From: Watersipora subatra
Lineage: Eukaryota
DNA: 64,000 nt
Direction: 5' to 3'
NCBI RefSeq assembly: GCF_963576615.1
Contig: NC_088716.1
Span: 43,431,910 to 43,495,909, forward strand
The notes beneath the pieces are model-generated. The model saw only the letters and a list, made by a program, of their open reading frames with translations, did no database searches and was not told the DNA's origin. Of the stretch, positions 12,790-26,435 are shown piece by piece. The position numbers and the translations under genes were made by a program. How positions within the stretch are numbered: the first letter of the stretch is position 1; each line of letters starts with the position of its first letter.

Positions 12790-14830
12790 TGTATATCTTA
12801 TATGATTTGGAGAATGTACAGGAAAAGAGGCTGTTAACCAAGTTCGACCAATAACGTGCTTGCCCACCACTTGGAAACTGCTTTCAGGAATAGTTGCAGA
12901 CAAACTGGAAGAGCACATGAGTCACTATATGACCAGTGCTCAGAAAGGAATTGGGCGCAACATCCGAGGAGCCAAACATCAGTTACTGGTGGATCGGACG
13001 GTCTGTCAAGACAGCAGGAGAAGGCAAACCAATCTTGCCATGGCTTGGATTGACTACAAAAAGGCCTATGACTCAATTCCCCATAGTTGGATACTTGAGT
13101 GCCTCAGTATGTACAATTTTCACCCTGCTCTTGTGGCATTCATCAAGATGTCAATGACCAAATGGAAGACGGAACTGGAGGCTAATGGCAAAAAGATGGC
13201 GAGTGTACAAATTAAGCGAGGCATCTATCAAGGTGACTCCTTATCACCGCTGCTCTTCTGCATATGTCTAAACCCTCTAAGCAAGATGCTGGAGGAGACT
13301 CAATATGGGTACCAGTTTAAGAGTGGCACCAAAATAAACCACCTCTTCTACATGGATGACATCAAGCTGTACGCTAACAAAGAAAGGGACATTGATTCGC
13401 TAATACACCTCACTCAGGTATACAGCAAGGACATCGGAATGACCTTCGGTATTGAGAAATGTGGAAAGCTAATTCTTAAGAAAGGCCATTCTATGCTCAC
13501 AGATGGCCTAAGAATGCCAAATAGTACCATCAAAGATATAGAAGAAGGGTACAAGTACTTGGGAATTATGCAAAGCAACATCAACCACGAAGCCGAGGTA
13601 CGTCACAAAGCCATTACCGAATACAAGAAACGCCTTCGGCAGGTCCTACGAAGCCAGCTCAATGCCAAGAACCAAATCATGGCAATAAATACCTACGAAC
13701 TGCCAGTAATAAGATATCCATCAGGCATAATAAAGTGGACTGAGGAAGCCATCAAAGAAACAGATATAGCAACTCGTAAACTGCTGACCATGCATGGAGC
13801 ACTCCACCCAAAATCTGATACTACTAGATTGTATCTTGATAGGAAAGATGGCGGTAGGGGACTCAAAAGTGTACAGCAGACAGTGAAAGAGGAGGAGCAA
13901 AGCATCAAAGCATATGCAGCCTCCATGGCCATCTCAGATAAGTTGCTAGCTGAATTTCAATCGGCTGCTCTTACAACGGACCTACGCCCTGATGATGAGG
14001 AAATTGACTGGCACACGAAACCTCTTCATGGTGCTTACCACCAACAAGTATCTAAGGTTGGCGATCTTCACCAGACATATATGTGGCTGAACAAAGGAAA
14101 CCTAACGGCCAATACAGAGTCGCTAATCATGGCAGCCCAGGAGCAAGTGCTCCCAACAATGCAACTCCAAATGAAAATCTATCACACTAGAAGCGATCCT
14201 AGATGCAGACTGTGCAAAGATGCACCTGAGACCATCCAACACATCATCAGTGGATGCAGGCAGCTAGCAGGGAACGCATACACTGAGCGGCATAATCATG
14301 TTGCAGGTATTGTGTATAGAAGTCTATGTGATGAGTATGGCCTTAATAAACCACAACACTGGTGGGAAGCTCCTGGTAAGGTGAATGAAAATGACCGTGC
14401 TAAGATCCTCTGGGACTTCTACATCCAAACTGACAAGCATGTCCTAGCAAACCGACCAGATACAGTGGTGGTAGACAAGGAAAACAAGAGGGCTACTATA
14501 ATAGATATAGCAGTACCCAATGACTACAATATAGCCAGCAAAGAAAAAGAAAAGGTAGAGAAATATCTCCCTCTTAGAGAAGAAATTGAAAAATGCTGGA
14601 ATGTAAGAACATTTGTAATCCCAGTAGTCATTGGGGCACTGGGCGCAATAACACCGGCACATAAAATGTGGCTTGCCCAAATACCAACAACAATCAACTC
14701 AGGTGAGTTGCAGAAAAGTGCGCTATTGGCAACGGCTAAGATCTTGAGGCGAGTGCTCAAACTCCCAGGTCTCTGGTAGGAGACCTGAGTTAGAGCAGAA
14801 TTTACCACCCATACGGGGTATCCGGGGTGA
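12790..14830 (+). mobile_element. 5'-truncated non-LTR retrotransposon (LINE) copy
   Basis: RT ORF without endonuclease domain or 5' part; 3' tail '...ctctggtaggagacctgagttagagc...ggggtgaggaaacaa' followed by T-rich/(TA)n; a 3' fragment of the same element recurs at 55221-55325 (-). Confidence 0.8.
12797..14779 (+). CDS. LINE ORF2 fragment: reverse transcriptase plus C-terminal Cys-His motif, open for ~660 codons with no in-frame stop
   Basis: RT motifs WIDYKKAYDSIPHSW, FYMDDIKLYA, CRLCKDAPETIQHIISGC; frame is open upstream of the annotated start (track ORF 12860..14779 begins at a TTG). Confidence 0.85.
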
Positions 14831-14837
14831 GGAAACA

Positions 14838-14839
14838 AT

Positions 14840-14878
<39 letters not shown>

Positions 14879-14915
14879 TGAAAGCGGACCTATATATATA
14901 TATATATATATATAG
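14838..14915. repeat. (TA)n microsatellite, two blocks
   Basis: direct reading. Confidence 0.9.
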
Positions 14916-15184
14916 GTTGACCACCTAAGCTAGGTTGACCACCTAACCTAGCTTCCAAGTAGTTGGATTACAAGAGTGCACCACCACTCCCATATATATG
15001 CCTTCTATATGCCCTTATGCCCTTATATGCCCTTCTCTACGCCCTCATATATATATATATATGCCTATACATATATATAAATTGGTATGCCTTCTCCTAC
15101 TGTCTTGACAGACCGTCCAATCCACCAGCAACTGATGCTCGGCTCATCGGGTGCTAAGAATCAGTATATATATCAGGGTATATA

Positions 15185-15425
15185 TGAATATACATGTATA
15201 TATATATATATTTGAAAAAATATTATGAAAAAAATAAACATTTAGTAATTGCGCTACAAATTTGTTTTGTGCGATGCCCTCATCAGACGCGGTTGTACTA
15301 ATTTTTTTTTTATTACAACCGCGTCTGATGAGTGCATCGCACGAAACAAATTTGTAGCGCAATTAGTAAAAGTTTACTTTCTTCTTTATATTTTTTCAAA
15401 TATTTCATACTCCACTAATTATCTT
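15185..15425. repeat. foldback element: near-perfect hairpin 15242-15370 (55-bp arms, loop ctaatttttttttttatta) with imperfect outer arms
   Basis: Track ORFs 15144..15362(-) and 15249..15437(+) encode the same peptide because the DNA is its own reverse complement. Confidence 0.8.
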
Positions 15426-15478
15426 TTAGGTTTTTAGTGTAGAGTTCTTTTTTATATGCTTTTGCACCTGCTTTTAGT

Positions 15479-15519
<41 letters not shown>

Positions 15520-16429
15520 TACATATAATATATAGATAAATATACAAACATTATAACATGTTTGTAATTATAGTATATGTACATATATATACGATAATTA
15601 CAAAACACGTTATAATGCTTCACTATTGATACAACATTATTTACACTCAATATTTGTCTACAGATGAAGCTACAGTGTTATTCTCTGTGTATGAACCACT
15701 CACCTGGAGATGATGTCAAGATGACACTAAAGCACAGACAACTAACTACGAGTAAGCGAAGCATTTTTAAGGAGTCCTGTAGTGGCCAGGTTTACGTTGC
15801 CAACTACAATTCCTCTAAAATGAATCTTAACTTGCGTGTAGCTCACTGTTCTGTTACTAGTGGGATTGATTTGCTGGCTCTGTAATCCCGCCCATCCTAA
15901 AGGACCAACAATAACTAGTTCAATGGCTCATATTAAAGACAATAAACTGAAATTGCACGCTGGTAGGATTATAATATAACTATTCAGGTTCTATTATAAT
16001 CTATTTTTGTTGCATATTATTCAAATTATTCTTATAAATATACTAAGCAAACGTCAAGCGTTGGGGGGTATTAAAAACAGCTTATAAATAGTGGCAGATA
16101 ATGTAGTTGCCGCCGCTTGCCATTAATCTGGCAAATTGCCAAAGGCTATTTTGGGTAAGTTAGTATACTTATTGTCAAACTTGTTAATAAGAGATGTAAG
16201 AGCAAGCTTTAGTGACGCCGCTTGGAGCAAAGTGCTATGAGTATTTTAAACCGGAACGACTCATATCGCCAAACGAATTCATCTCGCCTTGCTTAAATGG
16301 TCAAGTTACCACCTGGTGAACCGGAAGTTTTGATATCAAATTTTCTGCAATACATTATTGTCATTGCTAGATACTAATTGCTATAGTTGGACAAACCGAG
16401 CAACTCACGGCGACGACAGGCGACCGCAA

Positions 16430-16990
16430 ATACGTTGATGTAGTAGTGATATGTATTCTGTTCATAGCATAAACATGCACGTACATTGATGTACTAGAGA
16501 GGTGTATACTCGTTATAACATAGACATACGAGTACATTGATGTAGTAGTGAGATGTATACTTGTTATAACATAGACATACGAGTACATTGATGTAGTAGT
16601 GAGATGTATCCTCTTTATATCATAGACATACAAGTACATTGATGTAATAGTGAGATATATCCTCTTTATAACGTAGATATACAATTACATTGATTTAGTA
16701 GTGAGGTGTATCCTCTTTATAACATAGACATACAAGTACATTGATGTAGTAGTGAGATATAGCCTCTTTATAACATAGACATACAAGTACATTGATTTAG
16801 TCGTGAGATATATACTCTTTATAACATTGACATACAAGTACATTGATGCAGCAGTGAGATGTATCCTCTATAGCATAGACATACATGTACATTGATGCAG
16901 TGGTGAGATATATCCTCTTTATAACATAGACTTACAAGTACATTGATGTAGAGGTGAGATATATCCTCTTCATAACATAATAATACAAGC
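16430..16990 (-). repeat. 60-bp minisatellite, ~9 units
   Basis: Same family as 11470-11590, opposite orientation. Confidence 0.85.
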
Positions 16991-17092
16991 ATATTGATGT
17001 GACTTGTTTAAACCCTAAACTAAAGCAGTCTTAAACTCCACTTTTCCAAAAGGTTTTTTCTCTGTATTTTGTCTTTTCACACGTAAACAAGT

Positions 17093-17616
17093 GAGAATGT
17101 CATCACAATGTCTGTGTAATGCAGAGTTGTGCTATTACAGCTGGTATACTGATGGAATAATCAGTGATGAAGCATATACATGTACATGTACATGTAGCAA
17201 CCTTGCTTCTACCAGAGAGGAATATGCTCCTTATGTTCAAATAGAACTTAAATAAAACTATTGTACAAAAAATGAGATACTACAATGGCTTACAGAGGTA
17301 TAATAAACTGACACACAACTTCACTAGTTTCTTATCAAAGTCATGTTGTATCATGGTAATACTAATACATGTAAGTGTTTTGTTCTTCTAGCTGTGATTA
17401 GCATGAACCTGCTGGTGAATGTCAGAGAGACAGATTATGACACTAGTAGCTCTCAAAATTCTTTGCTCAAATATTATGTACTACAGAGGTCTTTCTCTCA
17501 AATCGAGAGTGCAGACATGTACAAGTGGTGTATATGGTAGATATGTGAGAATCACTGAGTTGACAGTTCAGATTCTTTGTCAGCTCGCGAGATAATTGTG
17601 CTCAACTACGAGTAGT
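17093..17616 (+). pseudogene. decayed copy of lectin-family exons 5-6 (F-type-lectin-like domain)
   Basis: Recognisable KQVRMSSQ...NLASTREEYAPYVQIEL and MNLLVNV...RYVRIT...LNYE, but with frameshifts, an (ACATGT)3 insertion and stops; exons 1-4 absent. Confidence 0.7.
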
Positions 17617-18699
17617 TTTATAATTTGTTTATTTTACACATCTTCTTCGTCATACAGAGTTTTAAAAAATTTATATTGGTTCTGTTATAGTTTTTCAAAA
17701 ATTTATTAGTATTTCATATTTGTTTCAATGCAAATTAATGCCTTTTTAATATAGTTATGAATATGCAAAAGTAATAAATGCTAAACTGCTTTCCTTTTAT
17801 TTTGCGATTAGACACTAAAAGCTGGTGTATAATTGAATGGCTGCTTAACTGCTCTGATGACTCCAAGTACTGGCCGCTTTGGCAAAGTTTCACAAAGCAT
17901 TTATACTACATCCCTTTCATTGAATTAGCACATCTACATATCATTAGAAAGATTATGTTAATAAAGTATGTGCATATACCTTAGCTTGATTCTAAAAAAA
18001 TGTAATCTTAATTAAACATAATGCATCAAGTCAACATTTAAATTTTTTGTCAATATTGTTCTTTGCATCTCAAGTAAGAGCCTTTTACGGTTTTTTAAAT
18101 CCAGGCAACTTCAGTAGCTGCATGCCAAGGCACAGGATTCAAAGACACTGCCGCAGTTAGACAAACAACACATCTTGAGACTGTAAAGTTCTACTCTAGA
18201 CTGCTATGATAATTGCAGTTAAATTGAATAGTTAGTGGAAATTAAATGTGAAATTTTGCCGATACAGCATATTGATTCACCTATAGATAAGTGTTGTGAG
18301 CTCTAAACATCACTCTCATCTAAGATTAAACTATTAAATAATAAATATGGAATTGACTAGGAACCATTGAACAAAATGGCTATCGCATTTGCCTTGCAAA
18401 TTACTTACCACTTTTATCATTTGTTACGGTAAAATAAAGTTTTGTGAGAAAACATAATATTAACATAATACAACTATTTTATCACTTACATTCGAATGTT
18501 GGTGATGAAATAGAAGCATTTTTAGAAGCAGACAGCGTTACAAAAACCTTGAAATTCAAAAATTCCAAACTTTCCATAGTGCCATTAACAAACGGAAAAC
18601 TCCTATTTGGCTGAGAGTTATTTAAAGATTTCAAGTTGTATTAGTACCTATCATCTATTTAAAACTAAATAGGACGCTACGCTCACTTATAATATATGG

Positions 18700-19200
18700 G
18701 TTGTGAGATATTAGATTTGATTATAGGATACTGCGCTTAGTTATAAAAAAAACTAGACTTGGTTATGAAAAATAAACTTGGTTATAAGAGACTAAAATTG
18801 CTTATAAGAGACTAAACTTGGTTATAAAAGCTTAAATTGCTTATAAGAGACTAAACTTGGTTATAAGAGACTAGACTTAGTTATAAAAGACTAGACTTGA
18901 TTATAAGAGACTAGACTTAGTTATAAGAGGCTAGACTTGGTTGTAAGAGACTAGACATAGTTATAAAATGCTAGACTCGGTTGTAAGAGACTAGACTCGG
19001 TTATAAGAGGCTAGACTCGGTTATAAGAGGATAGACTTGGTTGCAAGAGACTAGACTTGGTTGTAAGAGGCTAGACTCGGTTGTGAGAGACTAGACTCAA
19101 TTATAAAAAACCTAGACATGTTTATAAGAGAGTAGACTATGTTATAAGAGACTTGATTTGGTTATAATAAATTGCATTCATTTATAACATATTACACTTG
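18700..19200. repeat. 21-22-bp minisatellite (gactagacttggttataagag)n, ~22 units
   Basis: Directly contiguous units with no spacers, so not CRISPR-like. Confidence 0.9.
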
Positions 19201-19924
19201 GTTAGCTCTGTAGTTTATTTATTAGGCAACACGAAAACCGACAAAAATGCTGCTTTAATTCGTCTCCTATCTATTTTAAGAAAGTGAAAAGAAGTTTCAA
19301 TTATTTTTATGCTCCAAGAGTGCATGCTAGTGTGGTGGTGAATGAGAACCAGACCCAAGGCCAATGAAGGTCATCAGGATTGGCCAACCATACCGAGGCC
19401 AAGAGAATCACATCGCCCCTTCGACCTGTTAAGGACTTGAATAGGCTTGCCAGACAGAGACCTGGAGTGACAGAGCCGTCCTTAAACCCAGCCAGAAGTA
19501 CAGGTGGTTGGTTGTTGGCTGGTAAGGAAAATCAGGCCTACTACTAAGCCGACAGATGATAGGCTGAACTGCTACCACACTGGCACTAAAAGGACCTACT
19601 TACCACCGAGTTGGCCTTTTTGGGAAAAGGAACAGAGCTTGACAATGTTTGTGAAATACAAGGAGCCCATCAAGAAGAGGTTGGAAGAGCATGAGAAAAA
19701 ATAATTTTATGCAGTTGTCTGCTGAGCCTACATACACTGATTATTTATCAATTTGTACAAATATATGTATTGCCATATATACTCAGATGGGTTTAGATTT
19801 TTATGAAGCAGTACAGTGTCACAGTGGATTTATGGATCACCCATCAATAACCTATAATACTCCATAACTGTACCATTTTATGGTACAGTTATGGAGTATT
19901 ATAGGTTTCTCAGTCCTTTTCTCT

Positions 19925-20135
19925 CTGTAGACCATATAGTATCTCACTCTCTATATACATGTACAGTACTTATTTTCAAAGTCTACTTGAATATACGGAG
20001 AAGATTCATCTCTGATATTGGAAGCAGAGTTGCTATATGCTTCATCTCTGATGATTCCATTTACAGCATACCAGCTGTAGTAGCACAACTCCACATTGTT
20101 ACATGGATTCTGTGATGACATTCTCACTTGTTTAC
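19925..20135 (-). pseudogene. inverted decayed exon-5 copy of the lectin family
   Basis: Acceptor ctgcag|gtaaacaag kept, but in-frame stop (…YIQVDFENKYCTCI*). Confidence 0.7.
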
Positions 20136-23100
20136 CTGCAGATAAAATCTAAAATTACTTATACGTATCTATTTTCAAACTTGGTATTTTTCAGAGGTAG
20201 AATTTTTTACAATTATAATTTGCAACACTAGTTGCTTATGAGCTATTCAAAGTACTTTTTGTTATCATATTAATAAATATTTTATATAAAAACTTTTGAA
20301 AAAAAAACTATAATATTTCCAATATATGAATAAGCATTAACCATCTTTTTTGTGTTATCAATTGTATAATCAGGTGAATGACAGTTTTGAATTTTTCTGA
20401 TCTAAATTATACTTGGCTCTGTCAGATCTTTCCAAATTTTATGAAATAAAAAATTAAGTAGTAAACAAAAAATCGTATTACATAAAATAAAGGCTTTTAT
20501 TAGCACAAATCTTACTGACAGGACAAAACCAAATATCTTGTTTTAGGTTTTATTTATTTATTATTTATTATCAAGAACTGACTATGAAGTTCAATTTATC
20601 ATACAAGCAGGTATGCATAAGCTTAGCAGAAAACTGTCAGTAATCATTAAAATATTATCTCTTTTAGTGCAAATATATTTTTGTTCAATTAAAAAAGTAA
20701 TAGAAGAGAACATTTCTTACAGGCTCACTTTTATGAATTTATAAGTAGATTTAGAACTGAACTCTTCTGTTATTTGCCAAGTACTACAAAGTAAGTTAAT
20801 CTGATCTTGTTTCACTTTTATGTACTCGCTTGTAGTCTTACGAATAACTCTTTATTTACCTACCACAAGGAAGTAAAATAAAATAGATTTTATATCCATA
20901 CTTTTAAAATAGCTTTGCGGTAGAATTACAGCTAAACTTGATGTCTACAATGTCATTGAGGTAAAACATATAACAAATTATAAAGTTAGATCCAAGTTTT
21001 TTAGCTGCTCGCTAGTGCATTGTGAATAACCTGCAGGGAAGTCAAGATACAAAGCTACAATCTTTCTCATCTTTTCTGATTAAGAAATTGTGTCAACTAA
21101 AATGTTGTTTACGTTTCTATCCACTACCTATTGACGTTGAGTAACTTCAAAATATAATTTCAAACTACTCCAATTTTGCTGTTTATTCATAAAACCTGGA
21201 TTATCTCTGTTTTAACACAGACTAGTTCACTATATACTTTCCTATATATATATAGGAGTAAAAGATTCTTGTTTGTACCATTAGGAACTAAAACATTCTT
21301 TATGTAAATCAACGGCATTCTGAAACACCATTGAACATCCAAATGCCAAACACTATAAAACATTGGAAAATTGGATGTTCAACCTTTAGTTCAGTGATAA
21401 CTATAAAAGTAAAGTAATTTTCGCAAATTTTATAAGCCCTGACAGGCTAAAGCAAAAACTTTAGATGACTTTGATACACAGAACAGCCAAGCCATACATA
21501 GAGTACAAATCACACAGCTTTACAGTACAATACATAGCAGCTCCGCCATGCGACATTCATTGGCTCTCGAGTTGGCATCAGAAAGCGAAAATTTCATATA
21601 GTGTGGTATAAAAACTTCAGTAACATTCTAATGCAAACACTTCCTGGTAAGAAAACATCAAAATTGTATATACATATCATGCTTATTAAAAATTAGTAAC
21701 AAAATAGTATATTAACGCTAATAACAATAGTTAACTTATAGTTAACCTAGTAACTCTAAAGGTGTTGAAATGATAATCACCATCTTACTTATTTCTTTTG
21801 CATCATTATCAGACTTAAAACCCATGGCTAATGAATTAAATCTATATATGTAGTTATATAATTAAATATGTATAATAAATTAAAGTCCAGTGAATATTAT
21901 ATTAAACGATAAGATGCTCAATAAACTTTCACTTTCGCTTACTTTTCACAAATTTACGCCAATATCAAGCATCTGTGAAACACAAAAAATGCTAAACTGA
22001 GCAAACATCGTATCATTGTGGAAGAGATTTTGGCAAATAGCATACTGGCATTTTTGTTATTCCGACACATTCAACTCACCAACTGCCAATTCTGAATTTT
22101 GAAATAATTTTTTGTTAATATCCCATGGCACAAAAATGTTGTACGGTGGGAACAAAAAAAACATTGTGTTACACCGTAAGTTGAAAAACTGTATAACAGG
22201 AACATTTTAACTTGGAAGTGTAGGGCCTACTGTATAACAAACTCTGTATCAAACCACAAAAGCTGTACTCATCTTTCTATTATTGCTACGCCGTTAGCAT
22301 TAATAAACCAACATATTGTGACTTTTGTACAACTTTTTGCTATGGTATATTAGCAAACAATTATTGAATTGACAGAGGGACTTTTTAATTATGAAAAATA
22401 AGAGAAGGCAACTCCTATAACAAACACTTATTCCTATTTAACACATTAAAATTTTGACATATATTGGAGAATACAAAAATTATGAAAAAAATTATACTTT
22501 GAACTTTTTTCAGCTAAACTACAATATAACTTCATATTGACTGATGTATGTTTTGTTTAACTTATAGAAAAATTTTCATCAAAATTTGTTCCCTCTCTGC
22601 TGCATGTATAGCAATTTATTTCGAACTAGATTTATCCTGATACTAAATATACTATGACCATCTGTGCATGGGATTTGGCATGGGGGCTATGGTGGCTGGA
22701 CGCCCTTCTTAACACCTTAGATTGTTTTTATGTGACCTGTTCAACTGACATACTGATTATATGCCAGTGTACAAACCCTCGAACCACTACTACTCTGTGG
22801 TTCGGTGGTAAGTGCACCAGCATATATTGGGCACTATTTCAAGTTTATGTAGAGGTTAGCATTATCAAAAATTGAAGTGTTGTGAGTTGTTTCCTATCTA
22901 ACCTAAGTCTTTATCAAAAATAAATTTTTGATAAAGTTGTAAAGTTGTAAACATTCTACATCACCAACTATTTTTCTGTTAAGGAATTTCTAAAATTTCA
23001 TTTACTAATCTATTTTTGTATGGTCATATCTAAAAGATATTTCATGCAATAATGATTTTTCATAATCTAAAATATACAACCAAGAAGAAAAATTATCCTA

Positions 23101-24709
23101 TCGGGATTTCAGAGATATGTTTATACTAGTTACACTTAAAGAATGTTATTGTATAAAGTAGAGATGTCCCGATTCTAAATTCACCAACCAATTCAGATAC
23201 TGATCCGATATACCAATTCTTATTAAAAAATAATCCGATTCAGATACCGATTTAGATCTTTTGTGTTGCATAGATAATTTTTCATTTTATTATAGAAAAT
23301 ATAAATAATAATTTATTTGTCTGTTTGTATTGATATATTGTTGTTGTCAACAAAAACAGCAACAACATTAGCCGCACCTGTAAAGGAAAAGCATTTTTCA
23401 ATTTTTTAAGAAAAGATTGGCCGATACCGATTTAGATACCAAAATCGGGGCAACTCCAGTATATAGATACTGGCTGAGTGAGAATTATAAAGAAACTATT
23501 TTGTCAGTTTACTCTAAGAAAATAAAGAAAATAAGGTATTTTGCATATGACTATGAATGTCTTTTAACACTAAAAAAGTTATGATTTGTGATCACTGATA
23601 ATGTTTTAGAGAGAATACACATCTAGTTTTCTTCGTGTCAAATTGCACAAGATAACAAGCTGCTGTTCAGACTAGAGGAGTTGTCCTCTTATCATCATAA
23701 ATTGTAATAACTAAGCTACCTGTACATATAGAAGCTATAAGAGCTATAGGTAAGTAGTTATTTATTTCAATACAAAAAAACTCCAAAAACTAATATGATT
23801 GATGCTGGTACAATAATTCTAAAAATAATCAAGTAATCAGGTAATGTGGTAATCTTTAATATTTTAAGTATTATCAATGTTATAGGCAATGTAACCGCAA
23901 AATCAGAATCAGTCAACTCAGAAATGAATTTTTATGGCCAATTTATTGATTCTTTACTACTTGAATTTATTGAACTTAACTATTACTTGAAAATTTGTGA
24001 TTTTTGCAGTCTACTGCAACAATAGACTATAGTGAATATTAATAATTTGTTTACTCAAGCTCTCATGTTTTGGTACAGCAAAATTTATAGTTTTTTGAGT
24101 ATTTTGATGGTTACAAAACACGCGCAATTATATAATTCAAAATACTTGCTTTTATTTACTCAATTTGCACTCCTTAATTATTTTAGAATTAAATAAGTAA
24201 GTTTAGAGGTTTTTCATTGTACAACACAAAAGCAAACAAAATAATGCTTCAATATTTTTACAATTTACTTTTAGTAGAAATAGAAAAAGTCTGTATTGTT
24301 CTTTTATGATCTCTAAGTTCATGTTAGTCACATCTGCAAAATTATAACTGGCCCAGTAAGCGGAGAATGGACCCAGCTTAGATTGGATCGACTCAGAAAT
24401 TGCTTCAAAACTGACCCAGAAGGAAGCAGAGTCTAAACCCCACATGAATTATTTAAAGACGAAGATAATGCTAAAAGAATAAGATTCATTCGCGTTTTCT
24501 TGTTAACACGTGTCTTGAACAGTACGCAAGCAGAGCAAATACATTTATTTTAAACTGGAAACATACTGCGTTGTTTCAGTAAACTTAAGTATGGAGCTAG
24601 TGAGAGAGCCTCGCAGGCATCCTTCACAATATATATATATCACCTATCAATAAACTAGAATACTCCATAGCTGTAGAAAGAACTAACTATAAATTGAGTA
24701 AAAACTTAC

Positions 24710-24905
24710 CATCTCTCTGTAGGCCATTATAGTATCTCACTCCCTTTATACAATAGTTATATTCCAGGTCGATTTGAATATAAGGAGAATAATCATCTCT
24801 GGTAGAAGAAAGGTTGCTGTCTGCTTCATCATTGATGATTCCATCAACAGCGTGCCAGCTGTGGTAGCATGACTCCGAATTACATGGATTCTGTAATGAC
24901 ATCCT
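24710..24905 (-). pseudogene. orphan exon-5 copy of the lectin family with intact frame and donor, but no conserved acceptor and no neighbouring exons
   Basis: Encodes [69 protein letters not shown] then gtaagt; upstream replaced by (CA)n/(CATG)n. Confidence 0.6.
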
Positions 24906-25200
24906 CACTTGCTTAATTGAAGTTTAAATGTAAAATTACGCACACGTACCCATACACACATACATACGCACATACACACAAACCCACATACACACATACA
25001 TACACACACATACACACATCTACACATACCTACACGCACACACGCACACACGCACACACACTCACACACGCACACACGCACGCACACACATTACATGCAT
25101 ACATGCATACATGAATGCATGAATACATGTATGCATACACGCATACACGCATGCATGCATGCATGCATGCATGCATGTATGCATGCATACATGTTGCGTT
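24905..25200. repeat. compound (CA)n / (CATA)n / (CATG)n microsatellite
   Basis: direct reading. Confidence 0.9.
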
Positions 25201-26371
25201 CGTAAGTATACATGTTTTATTAACATGCGGTTATTCAGCTTTTTACCAACATTCATCATAGTTCATTTTATTCATGATGTTTGAAATTTTGATGTGTTAC
25301 TTGCAGATGATGATTGCAGGTAAAACTGATGTCAGATTAACGACATTGAGTTGCTCTAACTGATACTTAAATGTAAAGGAGACAATTCCCAATTGATATC
25401 AGCTTTTTTAATTCGTTCCATTCACCATACATGGCTGACTATGAAGTTCACTAATTAAAGTATATATAAGCTTAGCAAAAAATTATCAGTGATCATTAAA
25501 ATGTATGCTCTTTTGCTACAAATATATTCTTGTTCAGTTAGAGCAGTATTATAAGAAAGAACATTTCCTACAAACTCATTTTCATAAATGTATAAGTGAA
25601 ATTAAAACTTAACTCTTTGGTATTTGCCATGCACTACAAAGTAAGTTAATTTGATCTTGTTTCACTTTTATGTACTTGCTTGCAGTCTTACAAATGATTC
25701 TTTATTTACCTGACAGAATAAAGGGAAATAAAATAGCTTTTATATTCATACTTTCAAAGTAGTTTTGCAGTAGAATTACGGCTAAAGTTGATGTCAACAA
25801 TGTCATTGATTTAAAATATATAAGAAATTAATAAAGCTAGAACCAAGTTTTATAGCTGCTCGCTAGTTCATTGTGAATAACCTTCAGGGAATTCAAGATA
25901 CAAAGCTGCTATATCTCTCATTTTATTTTTCTGATTGAGAAATTGTGTCAACTAAAATGTTGTTTTAGGTTTTTATCTGCTACCCATTAACGTTGAGTAG
26001 CTTCAAAATATAGTTTCAAACTGCTTCTAATTTTGCTGTTTATTCATAAATCCTTGATTATCTCTGTTTTAACACAGACTAGTTCACTATATACTTTTTG
26101 GATGATTATAGATGATCATTGGCATGAGGTGAATACTGTTACATGCAATCGTTCTTCTATCATGCAGAAGAGTGGCAGTAGTCAAGTTTTTAAAAATACA
26201 GATATAGATGCAATCAGATCCACATCATTGAGATGTTATCTAAACTGATTCATAGCCCTGTTCTACTCGTTTTGTAACAGTTAAGACTCATTCAGTGAAA
26301 AGAAAAAGCTAATAATCTTGTTAAGCTTTAAAGAAAGCTGAAGGCTTGAAGCTTAAGCTTGGAAAGATGGC

Positions 26372-26435
26372 TATAAAAGTCAGAGGATGTTCAGTGAAGT
26401 TATTCAGAAACATTTAGTAAGGAGTTGAGGAACAG
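26372..26435 (+). promoter_or_regulatory. TATA box (tataaaag, 26372-26379) and non-coding first exon of lectin gene A, with donor cag|gtaat at 26435/26436
   Basis: Block conserved with 30890-30953 upstream of gene B; contains a short uORF (atgttcagtgaag...tag). Confidence 0.55.

Noticed and set aside
12834-13157. ORFs 12834..13076 (-), 12856..13053 (+), 12936..13157 (+) overlapping the LINE
   Set aside because: They are alternative frames or the opposite strand of the RT ORF, which carries the recognisable motifs.
18700-19200. CRISPR-like appearance of regularly spaced 20-22-bp repeats (also 28140-28430)
   Set aside because: Units are directly contiguous with no unique spacers, and the context is eukaryotic with spliced genes and LINE/SINE elements.
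19861-19910. Perfect 22-bp-arm palindrome ataatactccataactgtacca/tggtacagttatggagtattat
   Set aside because: It is real but small, and it is absent from the paralogous unit (29221-29260), so it is likely a local replication-slippage artefact rather than a functional element.
23160-23460. Possible small TIR element (ccgattctaaat ... atttagataccaaaatcgg with internal ccgat..gatacc repeats)
   Set aside because: The terminal complementarity is short and imperfect and no target-site duplication is discernible. It is left as unclassified repetitive sequence.
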